The position numbers and the translations under genes are program-made. Below are positions 21,764 through 31,267 of a stretch of DNA of 64,000 nucleotides, one piece after another. The notes beneath the pieces are model-generated. The model worked only from the letters and a program-made list of their open reading frames with translations, was not told the origin of the DNA and searched no databases. Where the stretch lies: positions 96,001 to 160,000 of the IMG/VR virus record IMGVR_UViG_3300024520_000050. The stretch is one strand, 5' to 3'. Numbering within the stretch: position 1 is the first letter of the stretch; each line of letters begins with the position of its first letter. This DNA comes from a virus.

Positions 21764-22149
21764 AGTACATTTTGCTCAACTAATAATTCTCGTATTTTTA
21801 TCCAATCAACATAAGGTCTATGATCATCATCTCCTTGTAATAATGGACATCCTAATGCCGCATCATCAATATAAAGACTACCATAACATTTTGGACTCTC
21901 TGTCCACTTCCATTGCATTGGGTTTCGTTGTACTCCACTTAATTTAATATCATTATCTTTAAACCATTGTACTGCATCTTGTAAATACATAATACCATCC
22001 TTATTAGATCGCATTGTAAACAAAAGTAAATGATGTCCTGCTTCTACTAATTCTTGGAGTACTTCAACAGAATTAGGAATAGTTATACTTACTGATAATG
22101 GCTTGGTATGCTTTACACACGTTCCATCCATATCTACACATATATACAT
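21760..22149 (-). CDS. HAD-superfamily phosphatase (BT0820-like)
   Basis: CVDMDGT (DxDxT), LFTMR and YIDD motifs. Confidence 0.85.
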   Translation of the reverse strand: MYICVDMDGTCVKHTKPLSVSITIPNSVEVLQELVEAGHHLLLFTMRSNKDGIMYLQDAVQWFKDNDIKLSGVQRNPMQWKWTESPKCYGSLYIDDAALGCPLLQGDDDHRPYVDWIKIRELLVEQNVL

Positions 22150-22153
22150 ATAT

Positions 22154-22339
22154 TTATTTTAATTTAACTACATATTCGGTTGGTCTAGCTAATATTGTAC
22201 GATTAGCCGTATGTTCTATTCTAAATCCACGAGGTGTGAATGCCTTGACTATTCCTTTTTGTAAACTTCTAATTCTTGGGGCAATAAAAGTAACAGTATC
22301 ACCTATTACTACTTCTTGTCCTATTGCATCTTTATTCAT
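22154..22339 (-). CDS. Small hypothetical protein (SH3/KOW-like)
   Basis: 61 aa with D.IG.EV.IGD.V pattern; packs tightly into the operon. Confidence 0.55.
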   Translation of the reverse strand: MNKDAIGQEVVIGDTVTFIAPRIRSLQKGIVKAFTPRGFRIEHTANRTILARPTEYVVKLK

Positions 22340-22468
22340 TTTCTTTTGTTATTTTTACTATTCCAATACTATCAAAAAATATGTGTGTTGCTTCATCTTT
22401 ATTATCCGCTTCTATTTCAATCCAATATCTATCCTCTCCTACGTAATAATGTACTATAAATGTTTTCA

Positions 22469-23038
22469 TTATCCATAATGTTTATTCCTATCATCAATAC
22501 TACATCCAATAATGTCATTATCTAATAACATCAGTAAACACGATATAGCATGTGCTAGGTGATTTAAATTTGATTCTACATCAATGTCTTCATTCAATAA
22601 ATATCGATTGATATGACGTTGTGCAGCATCGGTATACGTTGTTTTATTTGCTCCTTTTGAGAAGTTATATGCATTGTATTTCTTAGCTCCGTAACTAAAT
22701 ACGTTTGCTACTTCTACAATTGCATTCTGTGGAATTAGAGAAAGACGAGGTTTTTCAACCCCATCTTTACTATATTCTTTCATTGCTTTTTCTTCAGGAG
22801 GATTCTCATCTAGGAATTTACTTAAAGAGTCAGTTGTAATAGTAGTTGTAAAATCATGCGTATTCGCACCAACCTTAAGTATTTGCTCTACGGTTACTTT
22901 TACTTCATCTCCCAAACGATCGAAAGTTAAAGTTCCATACACTTCATCAGTATTTATTACTTCTCCATTCCCGTAAACGGTTTGTACCCATTCTCCTTTT
23001 TTAATAGTGAATTCCTCACCATCTAATCTTATTTTCAT
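22469..23038 (-). CDS. dATP/dGTP diphosphohydrolase-domain protein (DUF5664-like) with extra N-terminal domain
   Basis: KPRLSLIP...VFSYGAKKY..YNF.KG...AAQRH...ESNLNHLAHA. Confidence 0.8.
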   Translation of the reverse strand: MKIRLDGEEFTIKKGEWVQTVYGNGEVINTDEVYGTLTFDRLGDEVKVTVEQILKVGANTHDFTTTITTDSLSKFLDENPPEEKAMKEYSKDGVEKPRLSLIPQNAIVEVANVFSYGAKKYNAYNFSKGANKTTYTDAAQRHINRYLLNEDIDVESNLNHLAHAISCLLMLLDNDIIGCSIDDRNKHYG

Positions 23039-23715
23039 GCTGATATTAATTCATCAGTAAATCTTAATGTTTCTTGTTCGACGTAATACTTACTATCAAA
23101 TTCTTGTCTTGCCATGACATCAATAGTACTACTGTCTGTTATATTAAATTTATCTATAAGTCTATTCAACATCTCATCACTTCTGAGAAGAATATGAATA
23201 GAATCATCAAACTCATCTAATTTTGTTTCAGGATTCCACGCAGTATAAATAGCTTGAACTGTAGAGTTATTAACAATTGACTTACGTTCTTGCTCTTGAT
23301 ACATTTCACTATAATTAGATTCAATCATTTTTATAACCCGTTGTTTAATGGTTACTTTAAATCTAATTACTGCTATATTTGAATTAATATCTTGGTATTG
23401 ATAACAATCGATAAATCGTTTATGATCTCTCAATACGTCTAATTGATATTTAAATCGTGGATTTCTTGTATCACAAGTGATAAAGAATATAAAATTAGGT
23501 TCTTCTTGTTCAACTTCTGCATTGATACTATAATCTTTAATGTTTTCATCATCAACATAAACATTCAACGGTTTAAAAGTTTCAGCCAAATTAGGCTCTA
23601 ACTTCTGAACTGCTTCCTGAATAGCTAATGGAAAATATAAAGACTGTTCAATAAAGAAAATGTACTTTGCAAACTTAGTTAAGTCTACATTTTTAATATC
23701 TGTATTTATTGTCAT
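23035..23715 (-). CDS. Hypothetical protein
   Basis: 226-aa ORF with ATGA overlap to the next gene. Confidence 0.7.
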   Translation of the reverse strand: MTINTDIKNVDLTKFAKYIFFIEQSLYFPLAIQEAVQKLEPNLAETFKPLNVYVDDENIKDYSINAEVEQEEPNFIFFITCDTRNPRFKYQLDVLRDHKRFIDCYQYQDINSNIAVIRFKVTIKQRVIKMIESNYSEMYQEQERKSIVNNSTVQAIYTAWNPETKLDEFDDSIHILLRSDEMLNRLIDKFNITDSSTIDVMARQEFDSKYYVEQETLRFTDELISA

Positions 23716-23721
23716 TAATTC

Positions 23722-24492
23722 TTAGAAATTTAATTCTGAAAACTTTATTGGTTTCGGTGTTACCAAGCTCTCATTATGTGTCAGAATCCAACTCAATCTG
23801 AATCCTTCTTCGAGCTTTTTAATACCTTCTTCAATACCATAACGATCAACAAATAATTGAGTACAGACTTGTTTCATTTCCTCTTCTGTTGTCAAGTTTT
23901 TAAGTACATCATAAGTACTCACATCTCCCATTCCTTCCACTCCTTTGTAGTTCTCTTTCGGACTACCTTTTAACAATTGTGCATACGTTTGGAAATATCC
24001 AGTTGCATGTATTTTATTCTTACTAGTTAATGATATTTTTCCAGGATATCTAATAACTGTTGTTTTATTCGTCTTTATGTTATAATATATTCCTGGTGTA
24101 GCAAGATAGTCTCTATCATTTGCACACATTATAACATTATTTAATCTTGTAGCTAATATAGAAATAACGTCATCATTTTCCACACCCAAATAAGTTGTTG
24201 CTTTAAATGTAGAATTTATCTCACGAAAGCAATCGCTTAGGTAAGGTAAATAACTAGCTATTAATGCTTTCTTTTCAGGTGTACGACGTTGCCCTTTATA
24301 CTCATGACTTACCGCTATATCATTTCTAAAGTTACTATTACTATCCTCTGAGATGAAATTAAATTCATCTGTTTGAAACTGCTTGCATAGACTACCAAGA
24401 TGTTCATAAATAGTCTCTCGGCAATTCTTCTTGTTTCCATGTATAAAAGCCATTGAACTACTATCTATAGCTAATCTTGTTGTCTCTAACAT
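23722..24492 (-). CDS. 5'-3' exonuclease / RNase H (T7 gp6/FEN-like)
   Basis: LAIDS, YKGQR, GVENDDV, NDRD and NYKGVEGMG (H3TH-like). Confidence 0.85.
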   Translation of the reverse strand: MLETTRLAIDSSSMAFIHGNKKNCRETIYEHLGSLCKQFQTDEFNFISEDSNSNFRNDIAVSHEYKGQRRTPEKKALIASYLPYLSDCFREINSTFKATTYLGVENDDVISILATRLNNVIMCANDRDYLATPGIYYNIKTNKTTVIRYPGKISLTSKNKIHATGYFQTYAQLLKGSPKENYKGVEGMGDVSTYDVLKNLTTEEEMKQVCTQLFVDRYGIEEGIKKLEEGFRLSWILTHNESLVTPKPIKFSELNF

Positions 24493-25121
24493 AAAAATTG
24501 TTTTACTGTTGTTACTTTATATTTTAATTTAGAATCACCTTTGGTCCACTTAACCTTTCCGGTTTTGCGGTCCAATGTTGTCTTCTTGTACACACTTTCC
24601 ACGATCATAGACCTTGGTGTGAATGTCTTCAAAAACAGTGTCTCTTTCTTCGGTTTAGTTGCATAAGGTATAACCTTTTGCACATAAATATTGAATCGTT
24701 GACACATTAATGACTGACGATCAGGGAATGTAGCTGAACTAGTAAGTCCGCGCCCAAACGCTCCCTTGACATCAATGTATATAACACCTCTATTGTTATT
24801 ACAATAAAAGAAAGGGCGACCTTCATAGCCGCCCTTCTTATCATGATAGAGTTTCTTATATGCTTTCTTGTTAAACTTAAATATAAAGTCTGGTGTATAA
24901 TTTCGTTTCTTGGTAAGTATAAATCTTTCTTTCTTTTGTTTGGTTTTCAATTGTGCTACACGCGCGGAGCGCACTTCATTAGTAATCAAATATGTTTTCT
25001 TTTCAGACCATATCCAATCTATATAACCTTGGTCATATAATTCAACCAACCAATCATAGAAGTATCTTTCTTCATCAGAATCGAAATTAAAGTTTATTTT
25101 ACTCTGTAATTTATTATTCAT
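24486..25121 (-). CDS. PD-(D/E)XK nuclease, DUF1064/T7 endonuclease I-like resolvase
   Basis: FDSDEE...YTPDF...YIDVKG. Confidence 0.75.
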   Translation of the reverse strand: MNNKLQSKINFNFDSDEERYFYDWLVELYDQGYIDWIWSEKKTYLITNEVRSARVAQLKTKQKKERFILTKKRNYTPDFIFKFNKKAYKKLYHDKKGGYEGRPFFYCNNNRGVIYIDVKGAFGRGLTSSATFPDRQSLMCQRFNIYVQKVIPYATKPKKETLFLKTFTPRSMIVESVYKKTTLDRKTGKVKWTKGDSKLKYKVTTVKQFLC

Positions 25122-26235
25122 AATCTCTTACCGCGATACCAACAGCTTCAAGTGGTACTTTCTTATTTGAAAGTTTACGATACTCAACCGTAATCATTTG
25201 TCCTTTGACTTTGTCATCGAACTCGGCTGCCCATTTTTCACGTTGAGCACTTGTACCTTTCAATTTTACATGGAATTTTTCGCCGTCTTTAGTCTCACAA
25301 ATTAATGTAGACTGTAGAGCCATCTTACCTTTATTCCAGTAATGATCAATACACTTGAATTCATCAGTTACACGTGGTTTTATTTTCTTTTTACCAGATG
25401 TTCTGAAGCCAAAATCATACATAGAATTAGGGTCACAAAAGATAGTCCCTTCAAAACCTAACTCAAGTGATTCTTTATGGAATGCTATCAACTCTGCATG
25501 AGTATTAATAGGTGTTCCAACATCAACTTTAATGTTAGGTAAATTACTTACATCTAATGCAAGTAATAAACTACGACGTTGAGTGAATGTTAATCCGGGG
25601 ATTGCTATATCATAAATATGATACTCCAATTTTTCATTTGGATCATTACTCTTAACCATACTACCAATGTCTTGTAATGCTACTCCATGCAAATACAATT
25701 CACCATCGAATGTTTCATCCAATTGTTTATCATGCATTTCTGTAACAGAATCAAGAATATGTTGTAGATTAAATATTTTACCTTCACGAGATTTGTTTCT
25801 CACGAGGCCATTATAACGTTCAGCAAAGTTTCTACAACCATCATACTTTCTCTGTGCAAATCCAGGTTTAAATGGACCACTAGCTTCTTTATAAGGATTC
25901 AATAACATCGGCATGTCACTCAAATCCTTAAATGTATTGTACGTAGTAGATTTAACATAAGCTAAATTCAACTTATATCCTTTAGCAAACAATTTGGTAT
26001 GACGACTAACAAGCTCTTTCTCAGCTTGTTGCTTTGCTGTTGTAGCATTCTTCCTACCTAAATTCTTTCCTTCTCTAACTACGACTTTACTAGTCTTAGA
26101 ATTAACTTCATTGCCCACTGTTCCTGTTTCAGTGAACATAGTGTATTCATTTATACCCTTTGTCTTACGAGTATACATTTGCACATAGACTTCCTTTCCA
26201 GGTTTAGCCTTTCTATATAATTTTTTTAACTTCAT
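25114..26235 (-). CDS. ATP-dependent DNA ligase with N-terminal WGR-like region
   Basis: QRKYDGCR (KxDG), FDGELY, YHIYD, EGTI and KKIKP motifs. Confidence 0.92.
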   Translation of the reverse strand: MKLKKLYRKAKPGKEVYVQMYTRKTKGINEYTMFTETGTVGNEVNSKTSKVVVREGKNLGRKNATTAKQQAEKELVSRHTKLFAKGYKLNLAYVKSTTYNTFKDLSDMPMLLNPYKEASGPFKPGFAQRKYDGCRNFAERYNGLVRNKSREGKIFNLQHILDSVTEMHDKQLDETFDGELYLHGVALQDIGSMVKSNDPNEKLEYHIYDIAIPGLTFTQRRSLLLALDVSNLPNIKVDVGTPINTHAELIAFHKESLELGFEGTIFCDPNSMYDFGFRTSGKKKIKPRVTDEFKCIDHYWNKGKMALQSTLICETKDGEKFHVKLKGTSAQREKWAAEFDDKVKGQMITVEYRKLSNKKVPLEAVGIAVRDYE

Positions 26236-26252
26236 ATTATATTGTTTTTAAT

Positions 26253-26286
26253 AATAAAAAAGCCGATACAAATTAATGTATCGGCT
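26253..26286 (-). terminator. Intrinsic terminator
   Basis: 10-bp stem AGCCGATACA/TGTATCGGCT followed by a U-run on the minus strand. Confidence 0.75.
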
Positions 26287-26305
26287 ATGTTTCAATTGAG
26301 TTATA

Positions 26306-26590
26306 TTATTCACCCGGTGGATGATTTTCACTCTCTTTAATCTTTACGATTTTCCCAGTACTTACGTCCTTAATAGGATAAACTCTTTCGAATTCTGTAT
26401 CTCCTTCAATTACATATTTATACTCGGATTTTTGTAGAACAATACCTTGAAAGTATTCTCCACTTTGATCTTCTATAACTATTAACCAACGTGAATCACC
26501 TAAATCTTCTTGATATGCTAATTTAAGCACATCTGATTCTCCAGTAATTATTTTATTAATATAGTTATCATTAAGTTCTATCTTATTCAT
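26306..26590 (-). CDS. Hypothetical protein
   Basis: 94-aa ORF in operon. Confidence 0.6.
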   Translation of the reverse strand: MNKIELNDNYINKIITGESDVLKLAYQEDLGDSRWLIVIEDQSGEYFQGIVLQKSEYKYVIEGDTEFERVYPIKDVSTGKIVKIKESENHPPGE

Positions 26591-26898
26591 TACGTTACGA
26601 TTGCTAAAATAGATTCCGCAAGGCTAATAAGTTCAACACGCATTTCTTCTTTCTTTTCATCAGTTAAATTAATCTCTGATTTTAGAATATCGGTAAGAAT
26701 GTCTAATTTTTCTTTCTTCAATCCTATGGCTGCAGCACGAACACGAATTAAACTAAATTCATGATTCATTCTTTCAGCTAATTCTTGCATTGTTGGAAGC
26801 TGTTCTTTTGTTTCCCCTTGTACAGGTCCTTCTACTTCAGGTTGAGGTTGTGCTGTAGTTAACGGCATCTCTTTGATTTTGTCGTCTGACATTTTCAA
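26590..26898 (-). CDS. Hypothetical protein (coiled-coil); start uncertain
   Basis: Overlaps the primase 3' end by ~60 nt. Confidence 0.55.
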   Translation of the reverse strand: MKMSDDKIKEMPLTTAQPQPEVEGPVQGETKEQLPTMQELAERMNHEFSLIRVRAAAIGLKKEKLDILTDILKSEINLTDEKKEEMRVELISLAESILAIVT

Positions 26899-27853
26899 TT
26901 ATTGTTTTGGTATTAATTAGTCCCATTCCTTGACAGAATTCAGCTACATCTTTATAGATCCAGATGTTTTCTGTAGGAAGTATTATATTGTTTATTTGGT
27001 CTTCTTCAGCAAATTTAGTTGACATTTCAATTCCTGTTGGATCATTATCATATAAATAATAGATGTTTCTAAATCTTGATTTTAAATCCTTCATTATATG
27101 CGATGGAATACGAATACTTTCACTCTGAGGAGCTACTGCATTATAACCCATTTCCCACATACATAGCATATCTTTACCACCACTAACTATATACAAATCA
27201 TCACCAAAATGAGGAAGTTGCTTATAACCAAAGATGTTATTAATGCAAGTATTAGATTTCCATTTATTATAATCAGAATATGGTTGATATAATTTAACCT
27301 TATTAGATTTATTAAACGAATACATATAACATGGATCTGTAGATTTATATCTATATTTCAATTTAAAACTAACTGATCCAGCATTAGACATATATGAATT
27401 TACTGGTCTAGCTACTTTACTTACATTTTCAATTGTAATATGATATTGTTTCCAATAGTCAATATCATCTTGATTCCAATTCCTTAGTTTAATTTTAAAA
27501 TTAACACTTGGCTTCTTGTATTTCTTTTTTACTGAAACATCTCTTTGAGGTTTCAATACTTTCGAAACAGCATTTAATACCATATCATTATTAATTCTAA
27601 TCATTGCTTCATAGAAATTACAATCATGAATCCACATGACATATTTGAAACAATCAAAGTTGGCGTCTATTCCTCGGGCTCTATCTACAAAGATGTATTT
27701 TTGTCCATACCATTTAAAGAAACATGTTCCATTTCCATCTTGGCGCATAGGATTTTTATACATTGCTTTATTATCAGTTAGATGTTCACCCCAATAGTGT
27801 TCCATTATCTGCTTTTCTGTCGTTACTGACAGAATATCTTGTTTTAAAATCAT
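26837..27853 (-). CDS. dnaG: DNA primase (DnaG/Toprim type, crAss-like)
   Basis: NPMRQD...C N-terminus, IVSGGKDML..W, APQSE and YDNDPTG (Toprim DxD). Confidence 0.85.
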   Translation of the reverse strand: MILKQDILSVTTEKQIMEHYWGEHLTDNKAMYKNPMRQDGNGTCFFKWYGQKYIFVDRARGIDANFDCFKYVMWIHDCNFYEAMIRINNDMVLNAVSKVLKPQRDVSVKKKYKKPSVNFKIKLRNWNQDDIDYWKQYHITIENVSKVARPVNSYMSNAGSVSFKLKYRYKSTDPCYMYSFNKSNKVKLYQPYSDYNKWKSNTCINNIFGYKQLPHFGDDLYIVSGGKDMLCMWEMGYNAVAPQSESIRIPSHIMKDLKSRFRNIYYLYDNDPTGIEMSTKFAEEDQINNIILPTENIWIYKDVAEFCQGMGLINTKTIIENVRRQNQRDAVNYSTTST

Positions 27854-27969
27854 TCATTCCGTTCTATTATGTCCACACTTTTGATTATCTTAATTCTCTA
27901 CTGAATAGTTTCTCAAGATACAAAAGAAATTATACTACAGTGTAATATAATTTCTTTGCGTCTTTATAC

Positions 27970-28005
27970 AAAACAATGGGATTCCTTTACGTAGTCCCAT
28001 TGTTT
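27970..28005 (-). terminator. Hairpin / probable terminator after SSB
   Basis: 11-bp inverted repeat AAACAATGGGA/TCCCATTGTTT immediately after the stop. Confidence 0.55.
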
Positions 28006-28013
28006 CTTATCAT

Positions 28014-29081
28014 CTAAAATGGTACGTCATCATTTGTTGGCTCCTCAACTTTAGTTTCACCTTCACTTGGAAGATCATCTATTGTTACTTCTTGGAAACT
28101 TAATGAATTACCCCAGAAAGATTTCCATGGATACTCTTCATGAGTCAAGTGCTCTACAGCTTTCTTGCTCAATTTAGATTCTCCCAATTTACTTCCTGCT
28201 ACTATAACATCATCATAGTTATTAGTACGATCAGTTATACGGAATGTTGCTTCAAATCCAACAGGAAATACTGTAAATGGAGCTAAAACATCGTGATAGA
28301 TTTTATCACCATCTTGGTTAGGACGTACTCCTAAGAATAATCCTAATGGGTTGTTGGCTCCATCTTTAGTAAAATACTCTTTACCTTCAAAGTCTTGACC
28401 GCTATCAGCCATTAACATGTTTAATGCAGTATACTCACCGTTGAAAATATTATCGATTACTTCAGTTGGATCTTCGCCCAATACAAAATCATCAAGACGA
28501 GTTGATTTAGCATCATCTTCATCAATGCGGTGTCTGTCCAAAGTAGACATTCTAAATACCAAATCATATAAAGCTACTTCTCCTTGACGAGCAACACGTG
28601 CTGTAGCAGCATTAATACGACGTAGAGGATCTTTTTCTGAATAAGCAGAATCTTCAGCCTGAGCCTTCAATACTTGCTTCTCCATTGATGCTTTACCTGA
28701 TAAAAGGATCCATCCATTTTGATTATGCGCATCGATAATTTGTGTTTTACCAGATGTCTTTCCAACCACTGGACGGTTAGAAATGTAGATTTTATAATCT
28801 ACGAATACTTCATCACTATAAACTGGTTGTTTAAGTTTCAATGTAGTATTTGGGTTAAATTTACAAAGCAATGAAACAACGCGATAGTCATTCTCTTTAA
28901 TTACACGAAGGTAATTAGGTTCTTTAACATCGTATTGTGCAGGGATCTCTTTAATTCTACGCAAGTCATCTGCGTTAGGATTAAACATGATTGGAGTTGC
29001 ATATACTCCACCTGTAAATGTTGCTTTATAATTGATTTGTGCTCTTTCTGAACTTTCTTTAGTTCTGTTAGTTGATCTCAT
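28014..29081 (-). CDS. Putative single-stranded DNA-binding protein (crAss-type)
   Basis: Acidic C-terminal tail ending DDVPF; lies between primase and annealase; FTG...FNP..DDL..EP.Y N-terminus. Confidence 0.6.
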   Translation of the reverse strand: MRSTNRTKESSERAQINYKATFTGGVYATPIMFNPNADDLRRIKEIPAQYDVKEPNYLRVIKENDYRVVSLLCKFNPNTTLKLKQPVYSDEVFVDYKIYISNRPVVGKTSGKTQIIDAHNQNGWILLSGKASMEKQVLKAQAEDSAYSEKDPLRRINAATARVARQGEVALYDLVFRMSTLDRHRIDEDDAKSTRLDDFVLGEDPTEVIDNIFNGEYTALNMLMADSGQDFEGKEYFTKDGANNPLGLFLGVRPNQDGDKIYHDVLAPFTVFPVGFEATFRITDRTNNYDDVIVAGSKLGESKLSKKAVEHLTHEEYPWKSFWGNSLSFQEVTIDDLPSEGETKVEEPTNDDVPF

Positions 29082-29130
29082 TAATATAATTATTATATAT
29101 CAATAATCTTCGTTATTTTTAATTTTATCT

Positions 29131-29646
29131 CTACTGTTGTACAATGTCAACAGTCTCTCCTTTGTTGAATTCTACTTCAACGTCAATTGTATCATCAGTT
29201 GATACGTTAGGCATATGATTCAATACATATGCTCCAGTTAATCCATCAATACCTGTGATATTAAATTCATTTGATTCTGTATTTGATACTTCAAATAAGT
29301 TACAAATTGTATTATGAATATCAGTACTTTTCACACAACGTGTTGCTGTGTGGATTTGATAACTTTTGTGTTGTTTTTTAGGTCCTTTTACTGTAATATC
29401 TTTTACAATACCAATAACTGAATCATATTCAACATCTTCAGTTTGTGAAATGTTGTATTCAGGAAACATAATTAAACGATTAGCAGCATCGCTTACACCT
29501 AAAACTTCCATAGCTTTACGATTAAGTTTAATTGTTGGACGTTTGCCGTCTACAACTGGAAGTGTAGTTAATACAGGTTCGTTCGGATACTTGTCTTGTT
29601 GAACGATAGTTATTGTTTCTGATTTTACTCTAGTTAAATCTAACAT
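29131..29646 (-). CDS. Hypothetical protein
   Basis: 171-aa ORF in replication operon. Confidence 0.65.
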   Translation of the reverse strand: MLDLTRVKSETITIVQQDKYPNEPVLTTLPVVDGKRPTIKLNRKAMEVLGVSDAANRLIMFPEYNISQTEDVEYDSVIGIVKDITVKGPKKQHKSYQIHTATRCVKSTDIHNTICNLFEVSNTESNEFNITGIDGLTGAYVLNHMPNVSTDDTIDVEVEFNKGETVDIVQQ

Positions 29647-29687
29647 TAATGTTTTATTTAAATAATTTATAGTTGTTTGTTATTTTT

Positions 29688-30395
29688 TTAATTAATTGGA
29701 ATAGCATCGTTATTTGCGTCAATATCATACTCAGCTCTAGTAAACTCTACTACTTCATGGGTATCATATAATCCACCAATTACATCTGATGCAACTCCTC
29801 TCGCTCCACGTACTACACATCGTGCATACATCATGAAACGAGGTAATTTCTTCCAATTATCCTTACCTGTCCATTTTGCTTTAACAGCATCTGACCAATA
29901 GAAAGAATAATCTGAAGATATAGTCTTCTGCATATCTTTAAAGTATCTAGAAAATCTTATAGTTGTTACAAATTCAGGATGATCGTTAACTTTAACTTGT
30001 TCATCTTTATACGCAACATTACCTTCTGGATCTTTATAGTATTTGAAAACACCTTCTTCATCCGCTGGTAAGATTTTACCATCTTCTCCTCGTAAATAAG
30101 CAGGAGTTCTCTTCATTACAGGTTCCATATCTTTAATCAATTCAACTCCAATTCCTGCTTTTGCAAGAAGTCCTGGAATAACTGATGATTTTAAAGCTAC
30201 ATTGCCTTGAATTAAATGCATAGAGTTAACTGCTGTTAAAGGATCCATACCTAACTGGGCACCTTTATTTACAATTACTACTACGTCTTCTGCTTTTTTA
30301 ATACCAGCTGGTATTAAATTCTTGTCAATCATTATTTGTGCGCGTTGGAACATGTCGTCCGTATCGATTACAATTAATTGCTTGTCTTTATTCAC
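29688..30395 (-). CDS. RecT/Red-beta-like single-strand annealing protein
   Basis: G.QLGMDPL.A...MHLIQG and NWKKLPRFMMYAR...R....DVIGGLY..HE. Confidence 0.8.
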   Translation of the reverse strand: MNKDKQLIVIDTDDMFQRAQIMIDKNLIPAGIKKAEDVVVIVNKGAQLGMDPLTAVNSMHLIQGNVALKSSVIPGLLAKAGIGVELIKDMEPVMKRTPAYLRGEDGKILPADEEGVFKYYKDPEGNVAYKDEQVKVNDHPEFVTTIRFSRYFKDMQKTISSDYSFYWSDAVKAKWTGKDNWKKLPRFMMYARCVVRGARGVASDVIGGLYDTHEVVEFTRAEYDIDANNDAIPIN

Positions 30396-30427
30396 TTAAT
30401 TTAATTTATCATAGTGATAAATATTCG

Positions 30428-31267
30428 TTATTTTTTAATACATCTTCCTGTATTCTTAAACTGATCGCAATAATCTTCAAATTCAACTAAATCAATTTCG
30501 ACAAAGTCAAAATACTTTAAGTTATTTAACATCGGTATAATTTGATCTGGTATTCCTTCTCTATTCTTCACTATATGCCAGTATATGAAGTCAATATCTT
30601 CACCCTTGTGTTCCAATCTAATTGGAAAGTTGTGGTCTGTATAGGACTTTAAATTCAATTTGCTGGGCATGTGAGTGAACATTATATAATCTGAATACTG
30701 CTCCATACTTGAAGCACCAAATAAATCACTTGAATTAGGATATTGCATACTTGGAATTTGTATTCTTTCTGGTTTTTTAATCTCTCTATTCATTTGAGAA
30801 AGTAAAATGAAAAATACACTTCCTCCTTCATATGAAATCTTCTTCTTCACACCATTTAATGTTGCCATTAATTGATCAATCTTATCTTTTTGATTATCAC
30901 CTTTAATAATAACAGCATGATCAATTTCTACAACTAAGTACTCACCGTCCTTACATAATTCTTTCCAATAATAATATACAGTTTCACCAATAACTTTGTG
31001 AGTTTGTGGTTCTTCTACATATAATAAAGGATAATCAAATAATTGACTATGAAACTTATTGAATACATATTCCATCCTACTTGCCGCTAACGGATGTTCA
31101 CTTGAATACAGTTCTTGTAATGTGATTTTACTCATATTAGCAATCTCTCTACCAATTGTTTTTTGCGCTAACATTTCAAAGTTAAAACTTAATCCTATGC
31201 TCTTTTGACCAGCATCTATTAAATTCTTATGAATACTATTTGATATTCTTTTACTCAATGTTGATTT
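30428..31267 (-). CDS. dnaB: DnaB-like replicative helicase, exon 2
   Basis: Begins KSTL (end of Walker A), then VEIDH, LSQMNRE, DLFGASSMEQYSD and HIVKNREG. Confidence 0.9.
   Translation of the reverse strand, partial: KSTLSKRISNSIHKNLIDAGQKSIGLSFNFEMLAQKTIGREIANMSKITLQELYSSEHPLAASRMEYVFNKFHSQLFDYPLLYVEEPQTHKVIGETVYYYWKELCKDGEYLVVEIDHAVIIKGDNQKDKIDQLMATLNGVKKKISYEGGSVFFILLSQMNREIKKPERIQIPSMQYPNSSDLFGASSMEQYSDYIMFTHMPSKLNLKSYTDHNFPIRLEHKGEDIDFIYWHIVKNREGIPDQIIPMLNNLKYFDFVEIDLVEFEDYCDQFKNTGRCIKK

Noticed and set aside
22469-23038. Call of a 2-aminoadenine (Z) genome
   Set aside because: No PurZ-like synthetase is in the window, and the diphosphohydrolase alone is insufficient.
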